Part shown: positions 9,116 to 18,294 of the stretch, one piece after another
Numbering within the stretch: the first letter of the stretch is position 1
Layout: each line of letters starts with the position of its first letter
From: Arthrobacter sp.
GTDB taxonomy: Bacteria > Actinomycetota > Actinomycetes > Actinomycetales > Micrococcaceae
Direction of reading: 5' to 3'
NCBI GenBank assembly: GCA_030146405.1
Contig: JASLBS010000163.1
Coordinates: 1-49,770, forward strand
DNA: 49,770 nt
The notes under the pieces: generated by a model
Database searches by the model: none
The model's input: the letters and a program-made list of their open reading frames with translations, nothing else
Told to the model about the DNA's origin: nothing
Program-made: the position numbers and the translations under genes

Positions 9116-9627
9116 AGGCCTCGGCCTGGACGATCACGGGTGTCCTGGTGGTACTCGCGGTGGTCGCTGCCTGGTTCTTCGGGCTCGATGAACGGCACGC
9201 CGTGATCCTCGTGGGGGCGGCCCTCGCCGGCGGTGTGGCCAATGGGCTGCTGGAAGCCGTACACCTTCCCCGCGCGGTTCTCCCCGCATCACCGGAGCCC
9301 GCCCGCGGTCTGACCCATCCCCAGTCGCTCGAGTTCTCGCTGTCGTCCGCCGAGCCGGGTAGCCGGGTGGTCCTCGAGGTGCATCTCGTGGGCACCGCGC
9401 TGGCACGCAGTAGGCCGGGGGCGCCCAGGAGCCCGGCACTCGACGCCTTCCTCGCGCAACGCGCGCCCACCGCCCTCTCCCATCGCGAGATCACTGCCTT
9501 CCTGGACGAGCTGGACCGGCTGGCGCTGTACCCCGGCCTGCTTCCGCACCCCGCTGCTTCCCCTCGGGACACCGAGGTGCACCGGAGGGACCAGCACACC
9601 CACTCCACCGATCAGGAGCCCGCATGA
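9112..9627 (+). CDS. Hypothetical two-TM membrane protein
   Basis: GTGA/ATGA overlaps with both neighbours; two N-terminal hydrophobic helices. Confidence 0.7.
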   Translation: MKASAWTITGVLVVLAVVAAWFFGLDERHAVILVGAALAGGVANGLLEAVHLPRAVLPASPEPARGLTHPQSLEFSLSSAEPGSRVVLEVHLVGTALARSRPGAPRSPALDAFLAQRAPTALSHREITAFLDELDRLALYPGLLPHPAASPRDTEVHRRDQHTHSTDQEPA

Positions 9628-10643
9628 CTTCCCCCGAACCGACCATCGCCGTCGGCGTCCCACCCGTGACGGGCAGCCGGAACCGCGACGTGACCGACGT
9701 CGCGGACACCGGCCGGAGGATACTGGAGCGGACCGGGAGCGTGGTGGTGGGTGCCACCGAGCCGTTGCGCCTGGCCCTCGGCGCCGTCCTGGCGGGCGGC
9801 CACGTCCTGTTCGAGGACCTCCCCGGACTCGGCAAGACGCTGGCGGCGAAGACCCTCGCGCAGGCACTCGGGCTCGACTTCCGGCGGTTGCAGTTCACCC
9901 CCGACCTGCTGCCCACGGACGTCACCGGCTCCTCCATCTTCAATCCGGCCACGCGCGAGTTCGAGTTCAAGGCGGGGCCGATCTTCACGGGCCTGTTCCT
10001 GGCGGACGAGATCAATCGGACCTCCCCCAAGACGCAGTCCGCCCTCCTGGAGGCGATGGCGGAGTCCCAGGTCTCGGCGGAGGGCACCACCCTGGCGCTC
10101 CCCCGACCGTTCCACGTCTTCGCGACCTCCAACCCCATCGAGTTCGAGGGGACCTACCCCCTGCCCGAGGCGCAGCTGGACCGGTTCCTCGTGCGCCTGC
10201 GCTTCGGCTATCCGCCGGCGCAGGGCGAACAGGACATCATCGCCCGGCGGATCGCCCGCCGGCAGGACGGCACGCGGGTGGACAGCGTGATCACCGCTGC
10301 GGAACTGCTCGATCTGCAGTCCGCCGTGGAGACCGTCCAGGTGGATGAGGACGTCATCGACTACGCGGTGCGGCTCACGCGAGCCACCCGCAGCCATCCG
10401 GCCGTCGAGGTGGGCGCCTCGCCGCGCGGTTCCCAGGCCCTCGTGCTGCTGGGACGTGCCCTCGCCGTCCTGGACGGCCGCACCTTCGTGCTGCCGGAGG
10501 ACCTGAAGAGCGGCGCGGTCGCGGTCCTCGCGCACCGGCTCACGCTCACGCCGTCGTCCTGGGCGCAGGGACTGCTCACGGAGACGGTGGTACGCGACGT
10601 CCTGGCCGAGATCCCCACGCCGCCCACGGTTCCCCGTGGCTGA
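9624..10643 (+). CDS. moxR: MoxR-family AAA+ ATPase
   Basis: GHVLFEDLPGLGKT, RLQFTPDLLPTD, LADEINR, ATSNPIEFEGTYPLPEAQLDRF, GASPR. Confidence 0.95.
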   Translation: MTSPEPTIAVGVPPVTGSRNRDVTDVADTGRRILERTGSVVVGATEPLRLALGAVLAGGHVLFEDLPGLGKTLAAKTLAQALGLDFRRLQFTPDLLPTDVTGSSIFNPATREFEFKAGPIFTGLFLADEINRTSPKTQSALLEAMAESQVSAEGTTLALPRPFHVFATSNPIEFEGTYPLPEAQLDRFLVRLRFGYPPAQGEQDIIARRIARRQDGTRVDSVITAAELLDLQSAVETVQVDEDVIDYAVRLTRATRSHPAVEVGASPRGSQALVLLGRALAVLDGRTFVLPEDLKSGAVAVLAHRLTLTPSSWAQGLLTETVVRDVLAEIPTPPTVPRG

Positions 10644-12009
10644 GCAGCGCACCGCCGATCGCTCCGCGGCGGAGGCGCTGGCCGCCATCCTGGCCGTGGT
10701 GTGCGTGGTGGCCGGTCTGCTCTCCGGCCGCCCGGAGACAGCGGCGCTCGCCGCACCCTTCGCCTTCCTGGCCGTGGCCGGGCGGGGCACGGCCCGCGCA
10801 GGAACCGGCATTCCTCCCGCACCACGGATGCACATCATGCCCGACGAGCGTCGCTCGCCGGCGGGCTCCCGCGTGCGGCTGCTCGTGAGGCCTTCCGGAG
10901 CCTCCGAGGAAGGATCCCCCCTGCTCGTCGGCACCGTCCTGGCCGGGCCGAGCCACCCGGCGAAGGCGCTGGTGCTGCGGGACGACGAGGAGTGTCCGGT
11001 GCTCGTGGACGCTCCGATGTCCGGTGAACTCGACGTGCTCACCTACGGATCCGCAGCCTTCCGCCCGGATTCCGCCGGTACGTCGTCCTTCGTGCCTGCG
11101 CCACCGGTCCGGATCAGTATCCTGCCACCGATGGGTCCGGACCTCGCCGGGCCGCCGTCCTCCCGGCTCCGTGGGCTTGCCGGCAGCCGCGTCTCGCGGC
11201 GCCCGGGGGACGGCGGGGAGCTGCGGACGATCGCGCCGCTCAGGCCCGGCGACCGGTTGCGGCGGATCGACTGGCGCGCCACGGCCCGCCGCTCCGCGGA
11301 CCAGGACCGCCTGATGGTGCGGGGTACGTTCGCCGACGCCGAGGCGTCCGTGTTCCTGGTCGTCGACGAGGGCCACGACCTCCCCGCGTCGACCGCGGAG
11401 TGGTTCGCCGCAGGCCGGCCGGTGGCCGAGGCGGGGTCGCTCCACCACGCACGCGCCGCCGCCACCGCCGTGGCCGCGTCCTACCTCGCCGGTGGTGACC
11501 GGGTGGGTCTCGACGACCTGTCCGGGTCGAGGCGGGCACTGCGCTCGGCCACCGGGGCCCGCCAGCTCGAGCAGATCCGCACCAGGCTCGCCGGTGTGAC
11601 GGTGGGTCCGCGCCGGCGGCGTCGTCGTGATCCTGCTCCGCCGCCCGGCGCCTTCGTCCTGGTCTTCTCCGCCTTCCTCGATGACGAACCGGGGCGCCTG
11701 CTGCGCCGCTGGCACGCGCAGGGCCACCTCGTGGCGGGTGTCGACTGCGCGCCGCAGCCCCGCCGGACGGAATCGTCGCGGGCGCAGGCCTCCGCCGTCC
11801 GCCTCACGCTCCTGCGGCGGAGGTTACGGCTCGAGGAGCTGCTGGGCGCCGGGATCCCCGTGTTCACGGCGCCGTCGATCGACCGGCATTGCGTACCTCC
11901 CCGCGCTCCGGCTGCGGGAACGACGCCGGATCCGCCCGTCGGTTTGGAGGTGGGCCTCCGCATCCTCTCCCGGCAGCGACGCCGCGGCGCCGGGCGGAGT
12001 GCCACATGA
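10636..12009 (+). CDS. DUF58-domain protein
   Basis: GDGGELRTIAPLRPGDRLRRIDWRATAR core; follows moxR; N-terminal TM pair. Confidence 0.85.
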   Translation: MAEQRTADRSAAEALAAILAVVCVVAGLLSGRPETAALAAPFAFLAVAGRGTARAGTGIPPAPRMHIMPDERRSPAGSRVRLLVRPSGASEEGSPLLVGTVLAGPSHPAKALVLRDDEECPVLVDAPMSGELDVLTYGSAAFRPDSAGTSSFVPAPPVRISILPPMGPDLAGPPSSRLRGLAGSRVSRRPGDGGELRTIAPLRPGDRLRRIDWRATARRSADQDRLMVRGTFADAEASVFLVVDEGHDLPASTAEWFAAGRPVAEAGSLHHARAAATAVAASYLAGGDRVGLDDLSGSRRALRSATGARQLEQIRTRLAGVTVGPRRRRRRDPAPPPGAFVLVFSAFLDDEPGRLLRRWHAQGHLVAGVDCAPQPRRTESSRAQASAVRLTLLRRRLRLEELLGAGIPVFTAPSIDRHCVPPRAPAAGTTPDPPVGLEVGLRILSRQRRRGAGRSAT

Positions 12010-12560
12010 GATTCGGGCCCGACGCACGGAGACGGGTGGGATCGCCACCCAGCCCGGATCGCGGCGGACTCGTACCCCTCGTGCTGGTGCGTGGGACCGC
12101 CGCCCTGATCGCCGTGCTGCTGGGAGCCCTGGTGTGGGAGGGCTCACCCTGGATCCTCGGTCCGCTGCTCCTCGCCTGCGCCGCCGCGATCTTCCCGTCG
12201 ATCGGTGTGGTGGCCCTGTCCCTGCTGCTCCTGGTGGTGTCCTACGCGGTGAACATCCCGCCCGGGCCCGTGCTCCTCGTCTTCGTCGCCGGACTCCACG
12301 CCGTCTTCGTCCTCTATCTCCTGCTTCTACCCCTCCCCCTGCACGGATGGATCAGTCGCGCGGCCCTGGGCGCACTCACGGTGTCCTATCTCCGGATCCA
12401 GGCCCTGGCCCAGCCCGTGGCGATCGTGTCGCTCCTGGTCGGTGGCAGGCCCGCCAGCCTCCCGCTGGTGCTCATCGGCGTCGGTGCGCTGTGCGCGGGG
12501 CTGCTCTGGCTCGTGCTGGGCCCTCGCCGCGAGGACCGCGCACCCGGGCAGCGGCCCTGA
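12006..12560 (+). CDS. Hypothetical multi-TM membrane protein
   Basis: ATGA overlap with the DUF58 stop; almost wholly hydrophobic (about 5-6 TM). Confidence 0.7.
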   Translation: MRFGPDARRRVGSPPSPDRGGLVPLVLVRGTAALIAVLLGALVWEGSPWILGPLLLACAAAIFPSIGVVALSLLLLVVSYAVNIPPGPVLLVFVAGLHAVFVLYLLLLPLPLHGWISRAALGALTVSYLRIQALAQPVAIVSLLVGGRPASLPLVLIGVGALCAGLLWLVLGPRREDRAPGQRP

Positions 12561-12610
12561 GCGAACCGACACGGGTGGCCGGGTGCGAGCAACTAGACTT
12601 GGCAGCAACT

Positions 12611-15600
12611 ATGGCACTGACAATCTCCTACCCCGCGGACCTCCCCGTCTCGGAACGCCGGGCAGACATCATGGCCGCCATCGCAGCCAACCAGGTCACC
12701 ATCATCGCCGGTGAGACCGGCTCGGGTAAGACCACCCAGATCCCCAAGATGTGCCTCGAACTCGGGCTCGCCGAGCACGGGCTGATCGGCCATACACAGC
12801 CACGTCGACTCGCGGCCCGGACGGTCGCGGAGCGTATCGCCGAGGAGATGCAGGTACCGCTCGGCGAGGAGGTGGGCTACCAGGTGCGCTTCACCGGATC
12901 GGTGGGCCGCAAGACCAAGATCAAGCTGATGACGGACGGCATCCTGCTCGCCGAGATCCAGCACGATCGGATGCTGCGCAAGTACAGCACCATCATCATC
13001 GACGAGGCCCACGAGCGCAGCCTCAACATCGACTTCATCCTCGGGTATCTCCGGCGGATCCTGCCCGAGCGGCCGGACCTCAAGGTCATCATCACCTCGG
13101 CCACCATCGATCCCGAGCGTTTCGCCGCCCACTTCGCGGCCGATGCCGCCGTCGAGAACACGTCCCCCGCGCCCATCATCGAGGTCTCGGGACGCACCTA
13201 CCCCGTCGAGATCCGCTACCGCCCCCTCGACCAGCCGCCGGGCGGGACGGACGACAGCGCCGACGACGACGGCGAGCTCGAGGAGGAACGCGATCCGCTC
13301 GACGCCGTGTGCGACGCAGTCGACGAGTTGTCCCTGGAGGCACCCGGGGACATCCTCGTGTTCTTCTCCGGCGAGCGCGAGATCCGCGACGCCGCCGATG
13401 CCCTGCGGGCCCGGATCCAGTCCACCACCCGGCTGCGCGGTACCGAGGTGCTGCCACTCTTCGCGCGCCTCTCCCTCGAGGAGCAGCACCGGGTGTTCCG
13501 CCCCACGGGCAGTCATCGCCGGATCATCCTCGCGACGAACGTCGCGGAGACGTCCCTGACCGTGCCGGGCATCAAGTACGTGATCGACACCGGGACCGCG
13601 CGCATCTCCCGCTACTCGCACCGCACCAAGGTGCAGCGCCTGCCCATCGAGCGCGTCTCCCAGGCGTCGGCGAACCAGCGTTCGGGCCGCAGCGGCCGGG
13701 TGTCGGACGGCATCGCCATCCGCCTCTACTCGGAGGAGGACTTCGAGGCCCGGCGCCCCTTCACCGAGCCCGAGATCCTGCGGACCAGCCTCGCCTCCGT
13801 GATCCTGCAGATGACGTCCATGGGCGTCACACGCGGCCCGAAGGACATCGCGGACTTCCCCTTCGTGGAGCCGCCGGAGACCAGGGCGATCAACGACGGC
13901 GTGGCCCTCCTGCGTGAGCTCGGTGCGCTGAAGGACGACGGCGGCCTCTCCCCCGTGGGGCGCAAGCTCGCCCAGCTCCCGGTGGATCCCCGCCTCGGCC
14001 GCATGATCGTGGAGGCGGGGCAGCGCGGCGCCGTCAAGGAGGTCATGGTGCTCGCCGCGGCCCTGACCATCCAGGACCCGCGCGAGCGTCCCTCGGCCGA
14101 CCAGCCGGCCAAGCAGCAGCAGGCCGCCGAGAAGCACAAGCGCTTCGTGGACGAGAACTCCGACTTCACCGCCTATCTGAACCTGTGGCGGTACCTGCAG
14201 GAGAAGCAGGACGAGCTCTCCTCCACCCAGTTCCGGAAGCTCTGCCGCACGGAGTTCATCAACTACCTGCGCGTGAGGGAGTGGCAGGACCTCTTCCAGC
14301 AGCTCCGCCAGCTCGCGAAACCCCTTGGCATCACGCTGCCGGCCGGACCGGTGGACCCCGTGGGCCTGCACGAGCAGATCCACATCAGCCTGCTCTCCGG
14401 CCTTCTCGGCAACATCGGACTCTTCGACCAGCGCAAGCGCGAGTACGCCGGAGCCCGCGGCACCCGCTTCGCCGTCTTCCCGGGTTCCGCCCTGTTCAAG
14501 AAGTCGCCCGACTGGGTCATGGCCGCCGAACTCGTGGAGACCTCCCGGCTCTGGGCGCGCGTGGTGGCACGCATCGACCCCCTGTGGGCGGAGCAGGTGG
14601 CGCCGCACCTCGTGAAGCGCAGCTACAGCGAGCCGCACTGGTCCCGGAAGACGGGCTCGGTGATGGCCTACGAGAAGGTCACGCTCTACGGGGTGCCCAT
14701 CGTTCCTCAGCGCCGCATCAACTACGGGCGGGTGGACCGCGAGGTGGCCCGCGAGCTCTTCATCCGCCATGCCCTCGTGGAGGGCGACTGGAAGACCCAC
14801 CACACGTTCTTCACCCGGAACCAGGCCCGCCTGGCCGAGGTCGAGGAGCTCGAGAACCGTCTGCGGCGCCGGGGTCTCCGCGTCGACGACGAGACGCTGT
14901 TCGAGTTCTACGACCAGCGGATCGGCTCCGAGGTGGTCTCCGAGCGGCACTTCGACTCCTGGTGGAAGAAGGCCCGCCACGAGAACCCGGACCTCCTCGA
15001 TTTCGACCCGGAACAGCTCCTCAGCGAGGACGCTGCTGAGCTGGACGAGGACGCCTTCCCGAGTACCTGGCAGCAGGCCGGCTTCGAGCTGCCGCTCGCG
15101 TACGAGTTCTCACCACTGACCCCCGGTGCGCACGACGGCGTGACCGTCACCATCCCGGTCCTGTTCCTCAACCAGCTGGCACCGAAGCCCTTCCGCTGGC
15201 AGATCCCCGGACAGCGGGTCGAGCTCGTCACGGCACTCATCAAGTCCCTGCCCAAACAGGTGCGGAAGAACTTCGTGCCGGCACCCGACGTGGCCCGGAC
15301 CGCCGTCGCGGCGCTCGCCGCGGACTTCGACCCGGCCGAGGACGATCTCGAAACCTCCCTCGAGCTCGCGCTCCGGCGCCTGCGCGGGCACGTCATCCCC
15401 CCTGGATCCTGGAACTGGTCCGCCGTGCCACCGCACCTGCTCATGATGTTCCGGATCGTCGACGCCGACGGCCGCGTGCTCGACGAGTCCCGCGATCTCG
15501 AGGGGCTCAAGGAGTCGCTTGCCCCCGCGGTCAGCAGGGCCATCGCCCAGTCGCTGGGTGCGACGCCGGGCGGCACACGGCCGGCGGGCGGTCCCGGCCG

Positions 15601-16609
15601 GGGCCCTGCACGGCGCGACGACGGCCGTCATGCCCCGGGGCGGGGGACGGCCCGCAGTGGCTCGGGCGGAGCAGCCGACGTGGTCCTGGATCACGGTGCG
15701 CGTACCGGCGTCGCCGTCGCCGAGGCGCCCGCGGTCGCCGAGCGCACGGGTGAGAAGGCCTGGGTCTTCGGGAGCATCGAGCGGGAAGTGTCCCGTGCCG
15801 TCGCCGGACACCGTGTGACCGGGTATCCCGCCGTCGTGGACGAGGGCTCCACCGTGGGTCTCAGGGTGTTGCCGACCCAGGGTGAACAGGTGACGGTCAT
15901 GCGGGCCGGCATCATCCGGCTCCTGTCGCTGCGCATCCCCAGCCCGGCGAAGTACGTCCTGGAGCACCTCAGCAATACGGAGAAGCTCACGTTCAGCCAG
16001 AATCCCCACGGCAGCGTCGCTGAGCTCATCCGAGACTGCTCGCTCGCGGCGATCGACAAACTGGTCCCGGAGGAGCTGCCGTGGACGGAGGAGGCATTCG
16101 ACCGCCTCTACGAGGAGGTGCGCGCCGAGCTGATCGACACCGTCTTCACGGTGACGGCAACGGTGGAGAAGGTACTCTCCAGCACCCGACGCATCCAGAA
16201 GCAGCTCAAGGGCACCACGAGCCTCGCCCTGATCACGGCGCTCAACGACATCCGGAGCCAGCTCGAGCACCTGGTGTACCCGGGCTTCGTCGCAGCCACA
16301 GGGTACACCCAGCTCGCCCACCTTCCCCGCTACCTGCGGGCCATCGAGGTACGGCTCGAGAAACTGCCCACCACTGTGCAGCGCGACGGCCTCGGCGTGG
16401 CCGTCGTCCAGCGCCTGGAGGACGCGTACGACGACGCCGTCGCGTCCCTCGCCGCCGGGCGACACCGTCCCGCGGCCCTGTCCGGTGTCCGCTGGATGAT
16501 CGAGGAGCTCCGTGTCAGCCTGTTCGCGCAGGACCTCGGCACGGCGTACTCCGTGTCCGAGAAACGCGTGCGGACCGCCCTCAACGAGGCCCTCGCAGCC
16601 GCACGCTAG
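12611..16609 (+). CDS. hrpA: ATP-dependent RNA helicase HrpA
   Basis: GETGSGKTTQ, HTQPRR, DEAHERS, SAT, ATNVAETSLT, QRSGRSGR, C-terminal WMIEELRVSLFAQ. Start at ATG 12611 after TAGACT (12594-12599). Confidence 0.97.
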   Translation: MALTISYPADLPVSERRADIMAAIAANQVTIIAGETGSGKTTQIPKMCLELGLAEHGLIGHTQPRRLAARTVAERIAEEMQVPLGEEVGYQVRFTGSVGRKTKIKLMTDGILLAEIQHDRMLRKYSTIIIDEAHERSLNIDFILGYLRRILPERPDLKVIITSATIDPERFAAHFAADAAVENTSPAPIIEVSGRTYPVEIRYRPLDQPPGGTDDSADDDGELEEERDPLDAVCDAVDELSLEAPGDILVFFSGEREIRDAADALRARIQSTTRLRGTEVLPLFARLSLEEQHRVFRPTGSHRRIILATNVAETSLTVPGIKYVIDTGTARISRYSHRTKVQRLPIERVSQASANQRSGRSGRVSDGIAIRLYSEEDFEARRPFTEPEILRTSLASVILQMTSMGVTRGPKDIADFPFVEPPETRAINDGVALLRELGALKDDGGLSPVGRKLAQLPVDPRLGRMIVEAGQRGAVKEVMVLAAALTIQDPRERPSADQPAKQQQAAEKHKRFVDENSDFTAYLNLWRYLQEKQDELSSTQFRKLCRTEFINYLRVREWQDLFQQLRQLAKPLGITLPAGPVDPVGLHEQIHISLLSGLLGNIGLFDQRKREYAGARGTRFAVFPGSALFKKSPDWVMAAELVETSRLWARVVARIDPLWAEQVAPHLVKRSYSEPHWSRKTGSVMAYEKVTLYGVPIVPQRRINYGRVDREVARELFIRHALVEGDWKTHHTFFTRNQARLAEVEELENRLRRRGLRVDDETLFEFYDQRIGSEVVSERHFDSWWKKARHENPDLLDFDPEQLLSEDAAELDEDAFPSTWQQAGFELPLAYEFSPLTPGAHDGVTVTIPVLFLNQLAPKPFRWQIPGQRVELVTALIKSLPKQVRKNFVPAPDVARTAVAALAADFDPAEDDLETSLELALRRLRGHVIPPGSWNWSAVPPHLLMMFRIVDADGRVLDESRDLEGLKESLAPAVSRAIAQSLGATPGGTRPAGGPGRGPARRDDGRHAPGRGTARSGSGGAADVVLDHGARTGVAVAEAPAVAERTGEKAWVFGSIEREVSRAVAGHRVTGYPAVVDEGSTVGLRVLPTQGEQVTVMRAGIIRLLSLRIPSPAKYVLEHLSNTEKLTFSQNPHGSVAELIRDCSLAAIDKLVPEELPWTEEAFDRLYEEVRAELIDTVFTVTATVEKVLSSTRRIQKQLKGTTSLALITALNDIRSQLEHLVYPGFVAATGYTQLAHLPRYLRAIEVRLEKLPTTVQRDGLGVAVVQRLEDAYDDAVASLAAGRHRPAALSGVRWMIEELRVSLFAQDLGTAYSVSEKRVRTALNEALAAAR

Positions 16610-16672
16610 TTTCTTCTGGAACGGTGACGGCAGGATGATCGCCGCAGCGGGCCGTCCCTCCTGCGGGACCGT

Positions 16673-17101
16673 TCAGCCCTGGGGGACCACACTGCCGTGC
16701 CCGGCGTCGCGCAGCGCACTGCGCAGGGCTTCCGCGTCGCGGTCCATCGCGTCCTGGTCCGGATCCGGGTCCACCCGGTGCAGGTCGAAGTCCGCCGGGG
16801 AGCGCGTGGGCCAGACGTGGACGTGGAGGTGGGGTACCTCGTACCCCTCGAGGAGCACGCCCACGCGCTCGGCACCGAAGGCCTTCTCCTGCGCCTTCCC
16901 GATCGCCTGGGCGACGGCCATGACTGCGGAGAGCGTGCCGGCATCGGCTTCCAGCCAGTGCGGGATCTCCTCCCGCGGGACCACGAGCGTGTGGCCGGGA
17001 GTGATCGGGGAGATGGTGAGGAACGCGACCACGTCGTCGTCCTGCCACACGAACCGGCCGGGTAGTTCGCCGTTGATGATCCGGGTGAAGAGCGTTGGCA
17101 C
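16673..17101 (-). CDS. HIT-family nucleotide hydrolase
   Basis: TLFTRII, PGHTLVVP, HLHVH triad; AGGAGG SD before GTG 17101 (alternative upstream ATG at 17209). Confidence 0.93.
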   Translation of the reverse strand: MPTLFTRIINGELPGRFVWQDDDVVAFLTISPITPGHTLVVPREEIPHWLEADAGTLSAVMAVAQAIGKAQEKAFGAERVGVLLEGYEVPHLHVHVWPTRSPADFDLHRVDPDPDQDAMDRDAEALRSALRDAGHGSVVPQG

Positions 17102-17294
17102 GGGGTGTCCTCCTGGAGGGGTGGTGGAGTGGTCGCCGCTGCCTGGCCCGCCGTCGGGCAGGTGGACGGGTCCGCGCAGGGGCGGCGGTATCGGGCGGCC
17201 TGGCATCATGCCTCGACGCTACCGCGCCGGCCGGGAGCGGGCCAGCACGGCAGACGCCCAGCACCACCCCGGGACGTGGTGGGACTCCGAAGGC

Positions 17295-18122
17295 TCAGGC
17301 GCCGGTCGCGACCGGGAGTCCGTCGGTGGTGGACCACTGGGACCAGGACCCCGGGAACAGTGCGGCCTCGATCCCCGCGATCTCGAGCGCTGCGATCTGG
17401 TGGGCGGCGGTGATGCCCGAGCCGCAGTACACGGCCACGCGGCCGGTATCCGCGCCGAGCTCGGAGAATCGCTCGCGTAGTTCCTCGGCGGTCCGGAAGC
17501 GCTTGTCCTCGCCGAGGTTCCCGGTGGTGGGCGCGCTGATCGCCCCGGGGATGTGCCCGGCCTTCGGATCCACCGGTTCGTGCTCGCCGCGGAAGCGTTC
17601 CCCCGCCCGGGCGTCGAGCAGGGTGTCCACGGCGCCCGGTGCCATCAGGTCGGCGGTGGAGACCACCGGCAGGCACCCGGAGGAGAGCTGGACGTTCCCC
17701 ACGCAGTGGCGCTCCTCCCCGCCCTCCAGGTCGAAGCCGGCTGCCCGCCAGGCGGCAAGGCCACCGTCCAGCAGCACGACCGATGGAAAACCAGCATCCC
17801 GCAGGAGCCACCAGAGCCGGGCGGCTGCCAGGTTGCCCGCATCGTCGTAGGCCACCACCGTGTCGTCGTCATTGATGCCCCACTGACGGGCCGACTCCTG
17901 GAGCGCAGCCGGGTCCGGCAGCGGGTGGCGTCCCAGACCGGGCCCTCCCGGAGCGCACAGCTCCCGCTCGAGGTCCACGTACACCGCGCCCGGGAGATGG
18001 GCCCTGCGGTAGTGCCCATGACCGTTCGGGTCACCGAGCGCCCAGCGAACATCCAGCAGGAGTGTCTGCTGACCGAAGGTCATCCGGTCCTGCAACTCCT
18101 GCACATCCATCAGAGTCTTCAT
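17295..18122 (-). CDS. Two-domain rhodanese / 3-mercaptopyruvate sulfurtransferase-like protein
   Basis: HLPGA, GRHPLP, LLDGG, GHIPGA, active-site YCGSGITA, GSWSQW; AGGAG SD before ATG 18122. Confidence 0.93.
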   Translation of the reverse strand: MKTLMDVQELQDRMTFGQQTLLLDVRWALGDPNGHGHYRRAHLPGAVYVDLERELCAPGGPGLGRHPLPDPAALQESARQWGINDDDTVVAYDDAGNLAAARLWWLLRDAGFPSVVLLDGGLAAWRAAGFDLEGGEERHCVGNVQLSSGCLPVVSTADLMAPGAVDTLLDARAGERFRGEHEPVDPKAGHIPGAISAPTTGNLGEDKRFRTAEELRERFSELGADTGRVAVYCGSGITAAHQIAALEIAGIEAALFPGSWSQWSTTDGLPVATGA

Positions 18123-18222
18123 GGAGATCTCCTGTCGGAAGTGATGACCGGTCCACGCTGGTTGCCGCGGCCGGTCCTGATGCACGCCAGTCCACCACAC
18201 GCGGGGCTTCGCACCAAGGGAC

Positions 18223-18270
18223 CGCCCGATCGGAACACCGCCCGATCGGACCACCGGACCACCGGACCAT
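18223..18270. repeat. Six in-register degenerate 8-bp units
   Basis: cgcccgat cggaacac cgcccgat cggaccac cggaccac cggaccat. Confidence 0.75.
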
Positions 18271-18294
18271 GGCGGCAGCTTGTAGGCTGACGCA

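Noticed and set aside
8182..12560. tRNA-Arg as the attachment site of a genomic island
   Set aside because: No integrase, no evident compositional shift and no duplicated tRNA 3' end seen; the 9-bp TTCGAATCC near 21269 is inside a CDS and too short
11627..12610. 328-aa N-terminal extension of HrpA in the ORF track
   Set aside because: Overlaps two better genes in other frames; HrpA-like sequence and a -10 point to ATG 12611
18223..18270. CRISPR-like interpretation of the short repeat arrays (also 43060-43112, 46276-46303)
   Set aside because: Units are too short, there are no unique spacers and no cas genes
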